DNA of 64,000 nt, taken from the NCBI RefSeq assembly GCF_964355755.1, contig NC_092671.1, positions 39,876,304-39,940,303 of the forward strand. Reading direction: 5' to 3'. Under the pieces are notes generated by a model. It was not told where the DNA came from. It saw only the letters and a program-made list of their open reading frames with translations, and did not search any database. This document shows positions 1 through 13,505 of the stretch, in pieces (the first letter of the stretch is position 1; the number at the start of each line of letters is the position of its first letter). Both the position numbers and the translations under genes were made by a program. The stretch comes from Antedon mediterranea (taxonomy: Eukaryota > Animalia > Echinodermata).

Positions 1-2149
1 GGGAAGTTTACTTAGATGACTACATTGGAAAAAAAGCTGCACATTTGGCATCCCACTAGCAAATCCCAAGGAGCATCCTTTTGGCACCCAGCTCGGTTTT
101 CCTAATAATTTCTGGCAATGATATGAGGTCCTGAGTGATCTAGGATGAAGACTGTTATTGTTTACATGTTTTAACAAAAAAAAGAAGAAAACAACAAGTA
201 TGAGTCAGTGGCCCAGGATTTGGTATTGGTCCAACAAAACAGGTTAAATCAACTCATAGGGGATAAGAATGTAAATTGACATTAACAGGATTAGTATGGC
301 TTCTCTTTGGTTAGCCTATTTTCTGCTTAGAGTCTAGATAATTTTAATAATCAACAAACACTAATAAAGCGCTCTGATCTTTATGAAATAGCACTATATA
401 AATGTCGCATTATTATTATGGTTAAATCAACTCATACAGGATAACAATGTGAATCAACATCAAGACATCACGACTAGAGAACGATGACTACTAACAAACC
501 TTTTCTAAATTTTCTTCTTTTAATTTGTTTTCTATTAAAAAAGGTGATTCTACCGGGATTTGAACCATGCAGTAAATCTTTAACTTCTGTTTATTTTTAA
601 CTTGAAATAAGTATGACAAATATCTCTATTTTTAGCAGCAGATATTAAAATGTTCGAGAGATGTCAGTATTATTAATAATGCTGATAACCTTTTTATGCT
701 TCGTTACATATTAAAACTAATTCACCTTATAGAAACATGCATTTCTAAATTGAATATTAAAATCTATTAAAAAACTAATTACTTATTATTGATGTAGGAT
801 GTTTACTTGAAAACACTTCAAAGTTCAACTTTAATATGCCAAAGATCTAGAATATTAATTCAATATATTATGAATCATTATCATACAAAAACTACTGTTT
901 TGTTCGCTGCATTCTATTTCGGAAATAAATAATCAAAATGCATTATAGGCAGTAGTGTCATGCTTATTTACCAATTTGCAATTGATCTATTTTTACCTAA
1001 AAAGGGTAGACCTAGTTGTGTAATGTACCGCTTGTTAACTCTATTGTTGAGGAGCTTCAGACCCTGAACTTGTAATGGGAAATGAAGTTATTTACCTTAC
1101 ATGATTACAATGCAATCAATAGAATCACACATTACTTCACTACCGTAAATGGGTATATTCAATATTTGTTATAGCTGGTTATAGTACTGTACATGGGTTC
1201 TTTTATTTGTGAACTACTGGAACAACTTTAGATCGATGGTACTCATTCTCTTCAATAAGAACAAAACAGGCTTACTTTACTGGAAAAAAAAATGGAAACG
1301 ACTGTGTGAGCTGGATAAATATATATTCATTGATATTCTGTTTAAAACCAGCAACCAATTTTGTTTTTATACCTGTTTGTGAAAACACAATAAATATAAC
1401 TTGAACATGAGGAACAAAAACTTTGTTTTAAACTAGCTCTGTCCACCCATCCTCTCGCTCAGCCACAAAGGATTTCCATAAATTTAAATAAAGAATCAGT
1501 TAATAGAAAAATTAAGCAAAAAGAATAAAAGGAATCAATAGTAATGTATAACAACAAAGAAACGTCTGAATCATCATCAACGATTACCCATCTGTCCCAA
1601 AAATTTAACAACAAACAAAGATTGTGGTCATAGCCTGCGTCCCTAGTACAATAAACCAATCAACGAAAAAAAAATCATGTTATTTTCATTTTTTCATTAT
1701 TTTTTGTATTTTTTTGGAGACAATCAAGGCCAAGTATAAACTTAGAACAAACGTTTAGAACAATGGTAGTAAATATACAGCTTGCATTTTGCTTCAAGAA
1801 TCTGTGACTCATGTATCTTTACTCATAGCAGCACAAAGGAGCACTCCCCACAACAAAGGGGATATCTCTTTCAATTTGGAAAGTGAAAATAAATATGGAT
1901 CAACATGTGATAATATTAACACATATTTAATAATCTATTGCTTTAATATAATTCACCAATATTTAGTAAACTACTGTAGTAAAACTAAATTATAGTTTTT
2001 AAAAACTTTTTTTAAAAGTATTATCAATAGTTACAAGTTTAAGGTACTGTATTCTTAAAACATTCACAGATTAATTTCTTTAATTGATAATAATTAATTT
2101 TGTTTTATCTTTTATTATTAATTACTATAGTATAGGGCATAGAGATATG

Positions 2150-2292
2150 ACAAATCTTGAGTTATCTCCTGGTTAAACCAAAGATAAATATCTCTATGAA
2201 ATAACCATAGACACAATATCTTGAGATTTAACCATAGAGACAATATCTCTAGGTTTAACCATATAGAGACACTATCTCTAGGTTTAACCAGG
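2150..2292. repeat. Degenerate ~28 bp tandem repeat
   Basis: Repeated gagacaatatctctaggtttaaccata-like units, about 5 copies. Confidence 0.7.
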
Positions 2293-2409
2293 ATTTCTTT
2301 TTAAAAACAATTTAAGCATTATGCTTGGCTATAGAAATAGAAAACCAATGAAACCACCCCTCACCTGGAATTGGTTGAAGAAAAAGGATGCAAAGATTAA
2401 GGAGGTAGC

Positions 2410-2600
2410 ACAACAACATTCCAAAGTTTAAGTCTTGTTTACACTTGACTTAAACAACAACATGCCAAAGTTTAAGGATGATAAGTCCTGTTCACACTGG
2501 ACTTAAACAACATGCAAAAGTTTAAGGATAAGTCCTGTTTACACTGGACTTAAACAACAACATGCCAACATTTAAGGATAAGTTCTGTTCACACTGGTAT
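2410..2600. repeat. ~50 bp tandem repeat, about 4 copies
   Basis: Unit caacaacatgccaaagtttaaggataagtcctgtttacactggacttaaa. Confidence 0.85.
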
Positions 2601-3385
2601 TAGTTATTACACCAAGATAACTTATTGACCAGTGTTCACACTTTGTAGCACACATAATGTTGAAGATAGAGCGTGGACAGGCTATGAAAGAAATTATTCT
2701 TCTTTTAAGACAGAGATAGAATTTTGTTTGAATGAAATAAAGATTGATTGAAATCAATTTATTATTAAAATGATGAGAAATAAATTCCACTTGCTATTTT
2801 TGGATGGATTATTATACACTAAATATTTACACCTTCTACATACAGTGCAGACTTCTTTTGTTTACATTTGACTCCAAAAACAATCATCTATTTTTAAACC
2901 TCACTGTTGTTATTTCCATTGTTTCTATGGGAACTTTGTTTTACTAGGTGTAGAGCAGGATTTGTCACATGATTACATCACATGACATCACATTAGAGAA
3001 TGATCAAATGAATCAGAATCTTTGTTAATGAAATTTCCCATATGGTGGCGTGTGCGTTACTCATAGTGCATAGCCATGTGTATTTTACACGTAAAGCAAA
3101 CTTTATAATAGTACAGTTAATATACTGTGTAATGATTAAAATTAATAAGTTGAATGTTCTTTGCGTTGTTGCGTTGGTCATCACAGCACTTCAATAAAGG
3201 CTGTTGCTGATTGATGTAGTTTTTTTTATTGATATTACTCATAAAAAGTGAATAAAAATTAACAAAGCTATATGACTTTAATGCTTTTTTGTTTTATTTT
3301 TTTTATTTACTTCTACACTTTATATCTATGGGAGCCAACCAGTCTGTTTATGTACCTTACGGATAAAGTCTACATGTTGTTATTA

Positions 3386-3587
3386 TAAACAATAATGTAT
3401 GTTGTTTGTATGTTATAGATGGACTATAGTACTAGGTGCACGCTGTAAACACCAGGTCAGTCTATGATGAAGCTGTACTGTAAACAATAATGTATGTTGT
3501 TTGTATGTTATAGATGGACTATAGTACTGGGTGCACGCTGTAAACACCAGGTCAGTCTATGATGAAGCTGTACCTGTAAACAATAAT
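3386..3587. repeat. ~94 bp tandem duplication
   Basis: taaacaataatgtatgttgtttgtatgttatagatggactatagtact...gaagctgtac occurs twice, near-identical. Confidence 0.85.
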
Positions 3588-4714
3588 ATCACTAAACCTC
3601 TATCTTGTCAATGCAAATATTCCAAAACATCCGATGATAATAAATCGGGCAAAATGCGTGGGTTAAACACACTGTATGCACACATGTTAATATTCCCACA
3701 AACTGATGACAACATATTGTTTACTGGTTTTACTGAAAACACTTTAAACTATAATGCCGCCTCAAAAGATGCTAATCTCTGTGATAGATGTATTTTTACT
3801 GTACAATCTAATTGTATTTAAACGACTAACTTGTCACTATCTGTGCGACAATTAAATATAATAATTAAATTGAACGCTACCTCTGCAGATTATGGTAATC
3901 TGCGTTGCTATCTATTGCTATTATCATGCTCAACCTACGTTAAAAACGACGACAAAGATTCAACTTGTCACTTATGAATCTGTGTGACAATTAGATTGAA
4001 TAATTTCCTGCCTGGTAATCAAATAATCTATTATAAAAACGTTGAGAATTTCCTTTTTATTATAGAAAGTCTGAAGAATCTCAAACTATTGATAATACTG
4101 TTTGATATTGAAGAGCCTCTTGTAGCTATAGCACTGCAAAACAAAAATACACAATTTGGTTTTTGTTATCTGTATGTGAAAATGCAGGGAAAAGTTTCAA
4201 CAACTTATTATAGGTGGCGCCAGATAAAACATGAATTTTATTTTTGTTCAGTACTGTACTATTAAAATAAGTGAAACTAAATTCATAAAAAAAATCTATT
4301 TTAATTGTTATTTGATGATAAATAAATACACTCTTCATAATCCACGGCAGCACAAAATACCATACCTTAAATGACAACTCAAATAAACCACAAAGTAATC
4401 ACCACTTTGATAACAATAATATGCACTTCCCTATTAGGTACTGGCTTATAAATATTCATATTTGCTCATGAATAATTCATGATACTTATGCATGATTCAC
4501 AAGCATTACTGTATGCTTAACTCATTAATAGACCACACAAATTAAAAAGGCTCCACAATGTCTGGAGGTTTGTATTAAGAATGAGAGAAGCATCTTTCTA
4601 GTAATAAGACTACACAAACAAAATATTAATTAGTTTATCTAAAGTGATATATGATTCAAGTTTTAAAATTATGAAATAATTTCCACAAATTATTAGGTTG
4701 ACCTAGAGTACCGC

Positions 4715-5125
4715 CAGCTGAGTGTCATACACATAGGGTTGCTGCAATGATGGATATAGGATTTTTAATTGAGGGAGGGTGTAAACTGAAATGCTGACCT
4801 TACTGTAACTTATGTCATCCCTTTTGCATTTCCAATTTTCGAAATTTAGGGAGAGGAAAGAGGGCTGATGGGTAGATATGCAAAAAGAATACAGCTGAGT
4901 ATCATACACATAGGGGTGCCTCAGTGATGGATACAGGATTTAAAATATGGTTTGTGGTCTAGAAATTGTAAAATGAAAAGCTGAAAACCTTAACTTATGT
5001 CATCCCTTTTGTATTTTCAATCTTCAATTTAGGGAGAGGAACAGGGGCTTATATGTAGATACCAAAAAAATACAGCAGAGTATCACTATCATACACATAG
5101 GGGTGTTGCAGAGGAGGATCCAACA
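4715..5125. repeat. Diverged ~180 bp tandem repeat (2-3 copies)
   Basis: Recurring cagctgagt.tcatacacataggg and taacttatgtcatcccttttg...tttagggagagga blocks. Confidence 0.7.
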
Positions 5126-8100
5126 TTTAAAAATTTAATTTATAATCTTAAGAATTTAGGGTAGATGGCAACAGAATTCTGGGTAGAATTAGAGTAGAGT
5201 GAGTAGATGACAACGATTTCTAAATTTAAAAAAAAATAATTTTACCAATATCATTTAGACAAGTCATAAAAAAAATAAAATACACTGTATTAATAAAGAA
5301 ATTTAAAATCAAGTAAACAGTACACATTATCTCTTCACAATATTTGAGACTACGTATACATTTAATATTACAATTTAGGCCTAGATTATTTCAAAATTAC
5401 TCGAAATCAATATATAGACTGTGTCTCAAATTTACACAGATATTTTGAATGATGTCAGGATATAGATTAGTAGCAATTGTGTTGGTACAACATTATGCAA
5501 TACTAACTACAGTATCTAGGCTCTGTATTCAACTTTACCATCAATATCATTTTCTACACAACTTAATTATCACTAAAACTATGATTTCTTAATTCTCCTG
5601 TCTGTTTTGCAATAATGTACTGCACATGCTAGTAGTAGTACTGTACATTGTATCACCAATATTTGTAAAGTACTTCCCAATATGCTTTGTATGGCAATAA
5701 TATGTAAGAAGAATTGCTAGTTTATTGGGCTTTTTTTTTCAATTTAATGAATTTGAAGTTTTAAGATGCTAAACATTGGAGGTATAAAAATGTTTAGTAC
5801 CCTGTAATGTACCACCAATATTTGCAAGTATTTTCTAATATTTTTTTGTATGGTATCATTACATTACATAGGAATTGCTAGTTCATTATTTTTTTTCAAT
5901 TTAATGAGTTTTAAGATGCTAAACATTGGAGGTGTAAAAATGAAAATTAAATATACCATGTTTGTGCAGTGATTTTCCTAACTGGTTTGCACACATCAGA
6001 TATTGACTCTACCGGAGACTTTTTAGAACTCAAAATAAATTATAAACCTCAAATTCATTTCATTCTACATTGAATATGGTTTGTATAACTGTACTGCAAT
6101 TGTACATTTATAGTAATTGGCAGCCAGTTAAAATGATAATATTGCATAATGATTCCAAGGTCCTAGCTGGAGTAATTCCTTAAAATAGCCTTTCGTATCA
6201 TATACAAGTTATGCAGCTTATTCATTCATTTCTAAGTACGTACTCATTTTTGCGTGGAATTGTATTTTATTAGTTTCACTATTTTTCATTAAAATTTGTA
6301 TTTATTTAATAATGTTTCATTTTTGGCTTGTTGATATTTTTATATACCTGGTTTTCTTACATTTATTTGTTTAGGTCAACTTTTTTTTTCATTTTCAATG
6401 AAAACTAAATTTGTATAATTGCTTGCAATGGTGTTGATTATTTCATCAACATTGCAATGATCTCATATGCTATTTTCAGACATGAAGTTAGTTAAAGTTA
6501 CCATGGTGATTTGTAAACCTTTTTGCAATGACAGAAATGCTTGTGTAGATTTAGATATTTCTAGAACATAGAATCCATTGGATATTAGTCAAAGCTTTTA
6601 CCAGATAATGGTAACAATTAGTAGTGGCAAGGATAAAAGCATTACATTCTACTGTATATCAAATAACCTAATTAAATCAAAGTGGTCCATCCATGTACAC
6701 ACAAGGCAGCAGCCTACTGATGAAGACAGATGAATGATGATACGGAGTAGTGATGAATGATGGCAGAGGGTAACCATCCAATGACCTTGATTTTGTCATG
6801 AGTAATTTATGGAATTTTGTGGCACATCAGATGATGATCATTATTTTGGTTTTATATTATCTTTTCTATTTAGCAGCATGCTATTAAAATCAAATCATAC
6901 AACCATCCATTTATTATTGCACTTTTTAATACTTTAGTACAACATTTACCATACATTTTCTACTGCAATAATGAATTATATAAACTTCTTCACTAAGTAT
7001 TAATATTTGTCTTTTATACAATTCACAGCGGGCTACTACTAGACAGACTGCACGGCTGTTGAGTTGAAAAGTCATTCTGCACACTCAGAAACATAAGAGC
7101 ATGCAGAATAAGTGATAAACTCAAAAGCTGCATAGTTCAGAGTGATGTAGCATGAAAATCAAAACATTATTCATAATATCATTGACAAATTATTTTAGGA
7201 TTTAAACATAAAAAAACTTGTACTCGTAAAATATCATGTGGATGGTTTTACGATTTGATAAAAATGATAGTAATTTTGTGACTGAGTCATAAGAGATGGG
7301 ACCCAGGGGATTAGTACTACCAGCATGCCTTTATCATATTTGAATCATCATATCCATCACAGAATTTATCATGCTAAATTAGATGCATTAACCTCATTTT
7401 GGGTTATAATTGCATAACACAATATTTTCGTTCTCTAATTCACATTTCCAGTGACATATAAAGTACAGCAGGCACTGTAATGATTTGCTTTTGCATTAAC
7501 TCCAATGTTATTGTTAATAGTAATACCTACCCTATTTTATATAGTCTATTGTAGTTTTTGCATAATACAATATACCATGGACCTATACATTTTATAGGTC
7601 CATGAATATACCATAGTATTTTATTTTTGCTTATTTCTTCCATTTGTAATATTAACAAATTAAGTTTCTGTAAATATTTATTTTGTCATTCACTGATTTC
7701 AATATTTAGGTAGGACACTAAACCATTGAGTCAATTCTGTCATGGCCTACCAAGAGAAACATAACCTCTGCCTATGGAAATGAACAGTGTTAATCAAGTT
7801 GAAAGTGTTTAGTATAGGAGTATTAGAGTACAGAAAATAATCACAACAAACTTCCCTAATTTATAATGGAATAATCCAAACTCTACCAGCATAGTGTCTA
7901 AAGTGCTATCCCTGTAGATGACTCATACTTCTGTTGACAATATGCTAACCAATGACATTTAACGTGCATGAGTGCTTTTCAAAAGACCACCGCATTGAAC
8001 GGCTTCATGGGAAGAGCTCATGATGACGACAATTATACGTAAAAGAATTCTTTTATCAGTTGTTGTTAGTAGGGAGGGATCAGCTTGTCCATACTGCCCT

Positions 8101-9079
8101 AAAAGGTGTTGTGCAATTTTGGATTGAGGTCACACTAAATAAATCAAAATATGATGACATCAAGAGGTAAAAAGATGACATCATACATTAAATAAAATTG
8201 TCATCAACATCAAGAAGTAAATAAGTGACATCATACGTAAATAAAATTGTCATCAACATCATCATGAAAATGATCAAATAGATAATTCATCATTCTAAAA
8301 AAAGGTATTCAGGTTTATAATCAAGTAGATAATTCAAGTTTGTAGTTCCGTCTTGGAATTAAATATTATAATGCACACTACAGTACACACAGTAGTAACA
8401 CTTTCAATCAGATAGAACATCTCAGGTAAACTATACAATAAAATATTATAAATTTATATAATAAATAAATAAATTTAAATATTACAACATCTTAACAGAA
8501 TAATTGATTGCTAAATTAAAAGAGGAATATTTTCAACATACTGTACTGTCGAAAAAAAATCAAATGATTTACGTTTTTTATGGTTTATCAAAAGAGACAA
8601 AAATACAAGTTTACATCAAATTTTATAAAGCATTATAAAAATAATTTAAATCTATTAAAACGCTGCCATGACAAAAACGCATTATTTAAACTTATTTATG
8701 CACTTTATTTTGTAACTATGGACGTCCGTTTCCGAAATAAAAGTAAAATGAATGACCGATTGATAATCAGTTTAACAACAGCAATGTACACACTACCATA
8801 CTCTCTCATCCCAGCACTTATAAAATAGTGGGGTAGAAAGTCAATGACATGTACAGGATATGACCAGAAACTTGACTCTTTTGAGTAATGCATTTTCTAC
8901 TGTGTACAAAACCATTGCAGTATTGTAATATTATTCAGGTTTTCTTTGAAAGATTTAAACTAGAGAACAGGCAATTTCCAAGTAATTGGACACAAAAAAA
9001 CTAAAAAACTTGTGTCACAAAATGTGTCATTAACCTGCATCAAAACATTCCATCTTTTGACTCTTCTTATGATGATTAA

Positions 9080-9151
9080 CATGATTATGACAATGATTAT
9101 GACAATGATTATGACAATGATTATGACAATGATTATGACAATGATTATGAC
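9080..9151. repeat. 12 bp minisatellite (GACAATGATTAT)n, about 6 copies
   Basis: Directly visible; explains the spurious IIVI-repeat ORF 8960-9172. Confidence 0.9.
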
Positions 9152-11060
9152 TATAAAAAGCAATAAATACACGAAGGGTAATAAATATTAATCATAGATA
9201 ATAGATTTCTTAGCACAATTAAAAGTGGTCAAGCAATGTACAGAGTTGTATTGGTTAAAATAAATTAAAAATAAAATTATATCTTCTGTTTACCTATGCC
9301 TCAACTTAAGTATTTATGACCTGTAGTTGACCTTTTCAAGTTATTGAACTAAAATATATAATTCACTGACAAGCAAGACATCAAGCACACAGTACAATAA
9401 TGTATGCTTTCTACAGCTGATAGTCAATAATAAGATGCTTAGCTTTAAAATTGAACAAAATTAATTAAATGAGAAAAAGATAATTTATTGAAATGAGTGA
9501 GTCATGCAATATTGAATTGTGCAGTGCCTATACGGCGGAATGAATGATGATCACAATAATAGATGCAAAGATCATGATAATGTACTGTAGGCAATAATAA
9601 ACATTAATGTTTTTGTTTGAAGGTTTACATTATATATATATATTCTAAGTTTCCTGGACTTTCTGCATTCTTATGGAGTAGGACGATCAAAGCATATTGA
9701 TCGAAACATCAAGAAACTTAACAGTTCTTTTCAGAGCTAATTATACGTGGTGTACCGCAAACTTTATTGTTTACTTTACACTATATAAGTACATCCTATA
9801 AAATCTGTAGATTGTCATTCTGTTGCTCCACAACCAATTTAAAATTGGCAAATCGGCTAAAATTGTGCACTTTCTTAACAACTCCTCAGTATCCTGCAGA
9901 AAGCCAAGCCGGTATTGACGGTTAAATGACAGTTTGGTGGTACTGTACAGAGTACATATATGTATATTTTACACTAGCCTACATACAGAATATACAGTAG
10001 ACTAGTAGCAGCAGCAGCCTATTGTATATTGTGACTGATGGTGGACAATTATTTATGGTACAGCAGTACTCCTCTAAGTTGCAGTATAAGGTTTTAAACA
10101 TCACACTACTGGCTAGTAGGTAGAAGACGTTCATGTCACACCCTTAGCCAGCAAATCCATCCATGTCTTCTTTGAATTCAACAAATCATCAAAAATAATG
10201 TGCAGTAGTTTGATTGGTGTACATATTATGGAAGTTAAACATTTAGAGCTGACTTACTAGTATAATCGATACTAACTATATACAGTACTGTACTGTGTAA
10301 GTAAGAACATCTGTCAAATTGCTACAGTTAGTGTTTCACTCAATAATATTGTTGAAGTATTTGCTTTTATACAATGGTTACAGTAGCTAAAATAAAAACC
10401 TTTTTTGGGTAACATACAGTCTCTAAATGTCAATAAATGAGGCAATATACTGCAATAATTCAGTTTACAGAAATACTGTACATTATGACAAGAAATAATA
10501 ATTAATAGACAGAATATACATATCACATTTAATTATGTTGCCATCAAACTTTATTAGATTGAATAATGTAGGCTACATGGGTATTGCTAAACACCACAAA
10601 CCCCCGCAAACCTAAAAAAAAACATAGCAAACCCCATCGAACCAACATAAAAGTGATTGAATCATGTAGTGTACAACCCACTGGGTATATCCATGTAAAA
10701 AAAAAATTAAATTTCTACTTATTTTTGGGGTAAAACATCATTTTTTGGTCAAAAATTCTCATTGTTACAGTACAGTAGTTCTCATTTAAATGGCGGTTCC
10801 AAACTAAATGCCTACCCTACCAATTTTGGAGTATTGCCGAAACTTGCATCACAATCGCTAGCAAGTAGCATTGTCATAAGTTGCACGCAGGGGCTAGGGG
10901 ATTGTCAGAAAACTTGGTTAAATTTTGTGAATAAATATTGTTAATTGTTAATAATTCTGATGTGACAACTTTCAAACATGGAGGTATACTTTTAACTATA
11001 TCCCTTATTGTTTAAAGTAAAATCCTAAATTAATTTAATAGAAGAATAATTTGTACTTAC

Positions 11061-11357
11061 TTTATTTTGTTGCAGTCGCCGTCTAACTAATTTAGAGTTT
11101 GCGATGTTTACAGCATTTAGGATGTGTCCTGCGTTAAATTCCCAGAATGCCCTGCTATCGATAAGAACATATTTATCCAAATCTGTACTTAAGAAGTTTG
11201 CAAGCTTTTCGCACGATAACGATCTTGGAGGTATCGGTGGCGGACTTTGCATATTTAGAATCGAGCTTGACGTCGCTGCGGTCATAGTAGTAGCAAGTGA
11301 CTTTGTACTGCCAGATGCGTAGTCATCCATTATGGTTGCCCCTATTACCAACTGCAT
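11061..11357 (-). CDS. Dual-specificity MAP kinase phosphatase (DUSP8/DUSP16-like), first coding exon encoding the start of the rhodanese/CH2 domain; remainder lies beyond the left edge after a >11 kb intron
   Basis: Translation ...LIDSRAFWEFNAGHILNAVNIANSKLVRRRLQQNK matches the MKP rhodanese domain and basic kinase-interaction motif (cf. LIDSRPFVEYN..HILEAININCSKLMKRRLQQDK). Donor AAA|GTAAGT at 11060, acceptor at 11907-11908 (exon 11061-11906). The start could be 11357 or the downstream ATG of MDDY. Confidence 0.85.
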
Positions 11358-13174
11358 TTAGCTGGTAATTGAAACCAATTTGTTTTAAATAAACAACACA
11401 CTGCTACAGTACTATTAAAACTTGTTAATCATAAAATCAAAGAGTACATTTTCATAGGTGTCTTCTGGTCATATAGAATGACTTGTAAAACTATATCTGA
11501 CTGATTGCAACACTAAAAATATGATAACATCTGATAGAAAGCAATTGTACAGTTGGTAATGATGAATTGTGTAAACAGATATGAATGGAAGTGAGGCTTC
11601 TCAACTTTGAGTCAAAACAAACAATAAATTATGATTAGCAGAATTGTAATTAAAGATGTGAGTCTGCTGCAACACAGGTGATGGTAAATATTTGGAATAT
11701 TAAACCAGGACAAAACGATGTCAAGAAACTTCTAAATTTAGCCAGGTACAAAATGGGTGACTCAAGTGCTATGAATGGAGAATGCCGTAGGCAAACCAAC
11801 TTGCGTCTTTAACTTTGATGGAAAGTCTTCAGCTACTCAGCAGAGAGTTCACGCACTACAACTTCCTGAAAATGCTAGATATGCGATAACCATCTTCTTA
11901 GAGCACCTACAGTGAAATAAAAATAAATATTACTGTTGTACATATTTCTAGAAATAGGTTGATTTACACAGTAATTAATACACTTTATATTTTATTTTAC
12001 AATGATTATAAATTAGACCTGTAGATATAGAGCATTGAATAAACGTGTTGTTATAATACAAGATTGTTACTTAAATTTATACTGCTTGAAACAACAAGTG
12101 TACAGTAGAAAATAATACATCATCAATTTTGAATTGATTACTTTATTTATTAAAGAATAAAATTGTATAAAACGTATTTCTAGGGTTCTTTACAGTAGAG
12201 CATTGTTTTAGCTGAGCATCATGGACGATAGACAACAATACAAGGCAATATAATATAATCATATATTACATCGTTGTAGCCAATGACTCATACTGTATAG
12301 CTATCATTGTAAATGTTAATTTCAACATACCGAAACATTTCCGTATTTCATTATGTTGATTTATTTTATAATTTAAATTACAATATTCCATCGTACTTTT
12401 AAAAATGTAGCAATAATATATTATTATTATAAATAAATGTATTTGTTGATTTGAATCTATGAAGAATTACTTATCATTAAATTTTTTCCCTGGTTAAAAT
12501 ATTTTAATTCACCTTCTTTACATTATACAGGTTATAAAAATAATTTTTTATTTATTTGAAATAATTTTTGGCCTAAACGTAATTACAAATTCAAATTTTG
12601 GAATGTACTGCAAATTCAATTTTTGATGGCCTCTAAGACCTAACTGTAGTTCGTATTTTTGTCATGTTAATTCATTGGCGCGTAGTCTGTTTCTGGACAC
12701 GAATTACCAGCGACAACAAATGATAAAATGCGCGTTAGTTTTAGATTGTCATAAAACAAAATACAAACTTTGGCTGGTTGTGAAGGGACTGATGTTGATG
12801 TTGCCCTACCTACTACCTAGTACTACTACTAGCCTAGAGCTAGGCTAGCTATAAACCTTTCCATTTAATAATATTATTTTTATTTACTTAATTATAGCTT
12901 AGCTCCTATAGCTAGGCCTACCTAGCTAATCTGGTCTTATCTAAAATGATATTGTAATACAGTATACTACTACCTGCTGTCACTAGCCTAGGCCTAGATA
13001 CATATCAATAGGCCTAGAAATTGTGAATTAATTATCTATCTTTTCAATGACAACATTTCTTGCCAAACCGCTGCTGATGTGCAGTCAGCTGTCAAACAGC
13101 CTGTCGTATGTTTTGTTGTAGAGATAGAGCGGCAACCTACCAAAAAAATTATTGTCAAAATTAATCAAACTAAC

Positions 13175-13400
13175 CTTCTAATTCTTCTAAATTTCTACCA
13201 TGTCTCGACGTGACAATCTGCAGAAACCCTGCCAGTTACCTCCCGGTAGTGTCATTACCTTACCACATAAAATTCACAATTAAATTTGGTATATTCTCAC
13301 TAGAAACAGGGCAAAATCCATGACCGAATCTATCGTCAAACAGTTGCGGCCATGAAAAAAAGTGCATGCCTGGTGAAATCATAAGCTAAAAATAGATTGA
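13175..13400 (-). other. Probable non-coding first exon (5'UTR) of the DUSP gene
   Basis: Donor AAG|GTTAGT at 13174; CpG-containing segment immediately adjacent to two CCAAT boxes. The 5' boundary is approximate. Confidence 0.5.
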
Positions 13401-13505
13401 TGGAGGTCGAGTGTTGGCCAATCAGTGTCTGACTTACAAGTTGGAGTAGCGTCATTACAAACCAATGAAATGCTTCCAACAATGATTGTGTTTCCCTGGC
13501 AATAG
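13400..13505. promoter_or_regulatory. Putative DUSP proximal promoter: two CCAAT boxes and an X-box-like site
   Basis: CCAATCA at 13419, CCAATGA at 13462, GTTTCCCTGGCAAT at 13490-13503. Confidence 0.45.

Noticed and set aside
2410-2600. Short direct repeats superficially resembling a CRISPR array (also the MITE A internal 21-mers)
   Set aside because: Units are contiguous with no unique spacers, the context is eukaryotic, and there are no cas genes.
8960-9172. Hydrophobic IIVI-repeat ORF resembling a membrane protein
   Set aside because: It is the translation of a 12 bp minisatellite.
1-11060. Further DUSP coding exons or a nested gene in the long intron, including the ORFs listed in 1459-10944
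   Set aside because: No segment translates to a rhodanese continuation or a phosphatase (HCxxGxxR) motif; the ORFs are AT-rich, repeat-derived or lack recognisable splice context.
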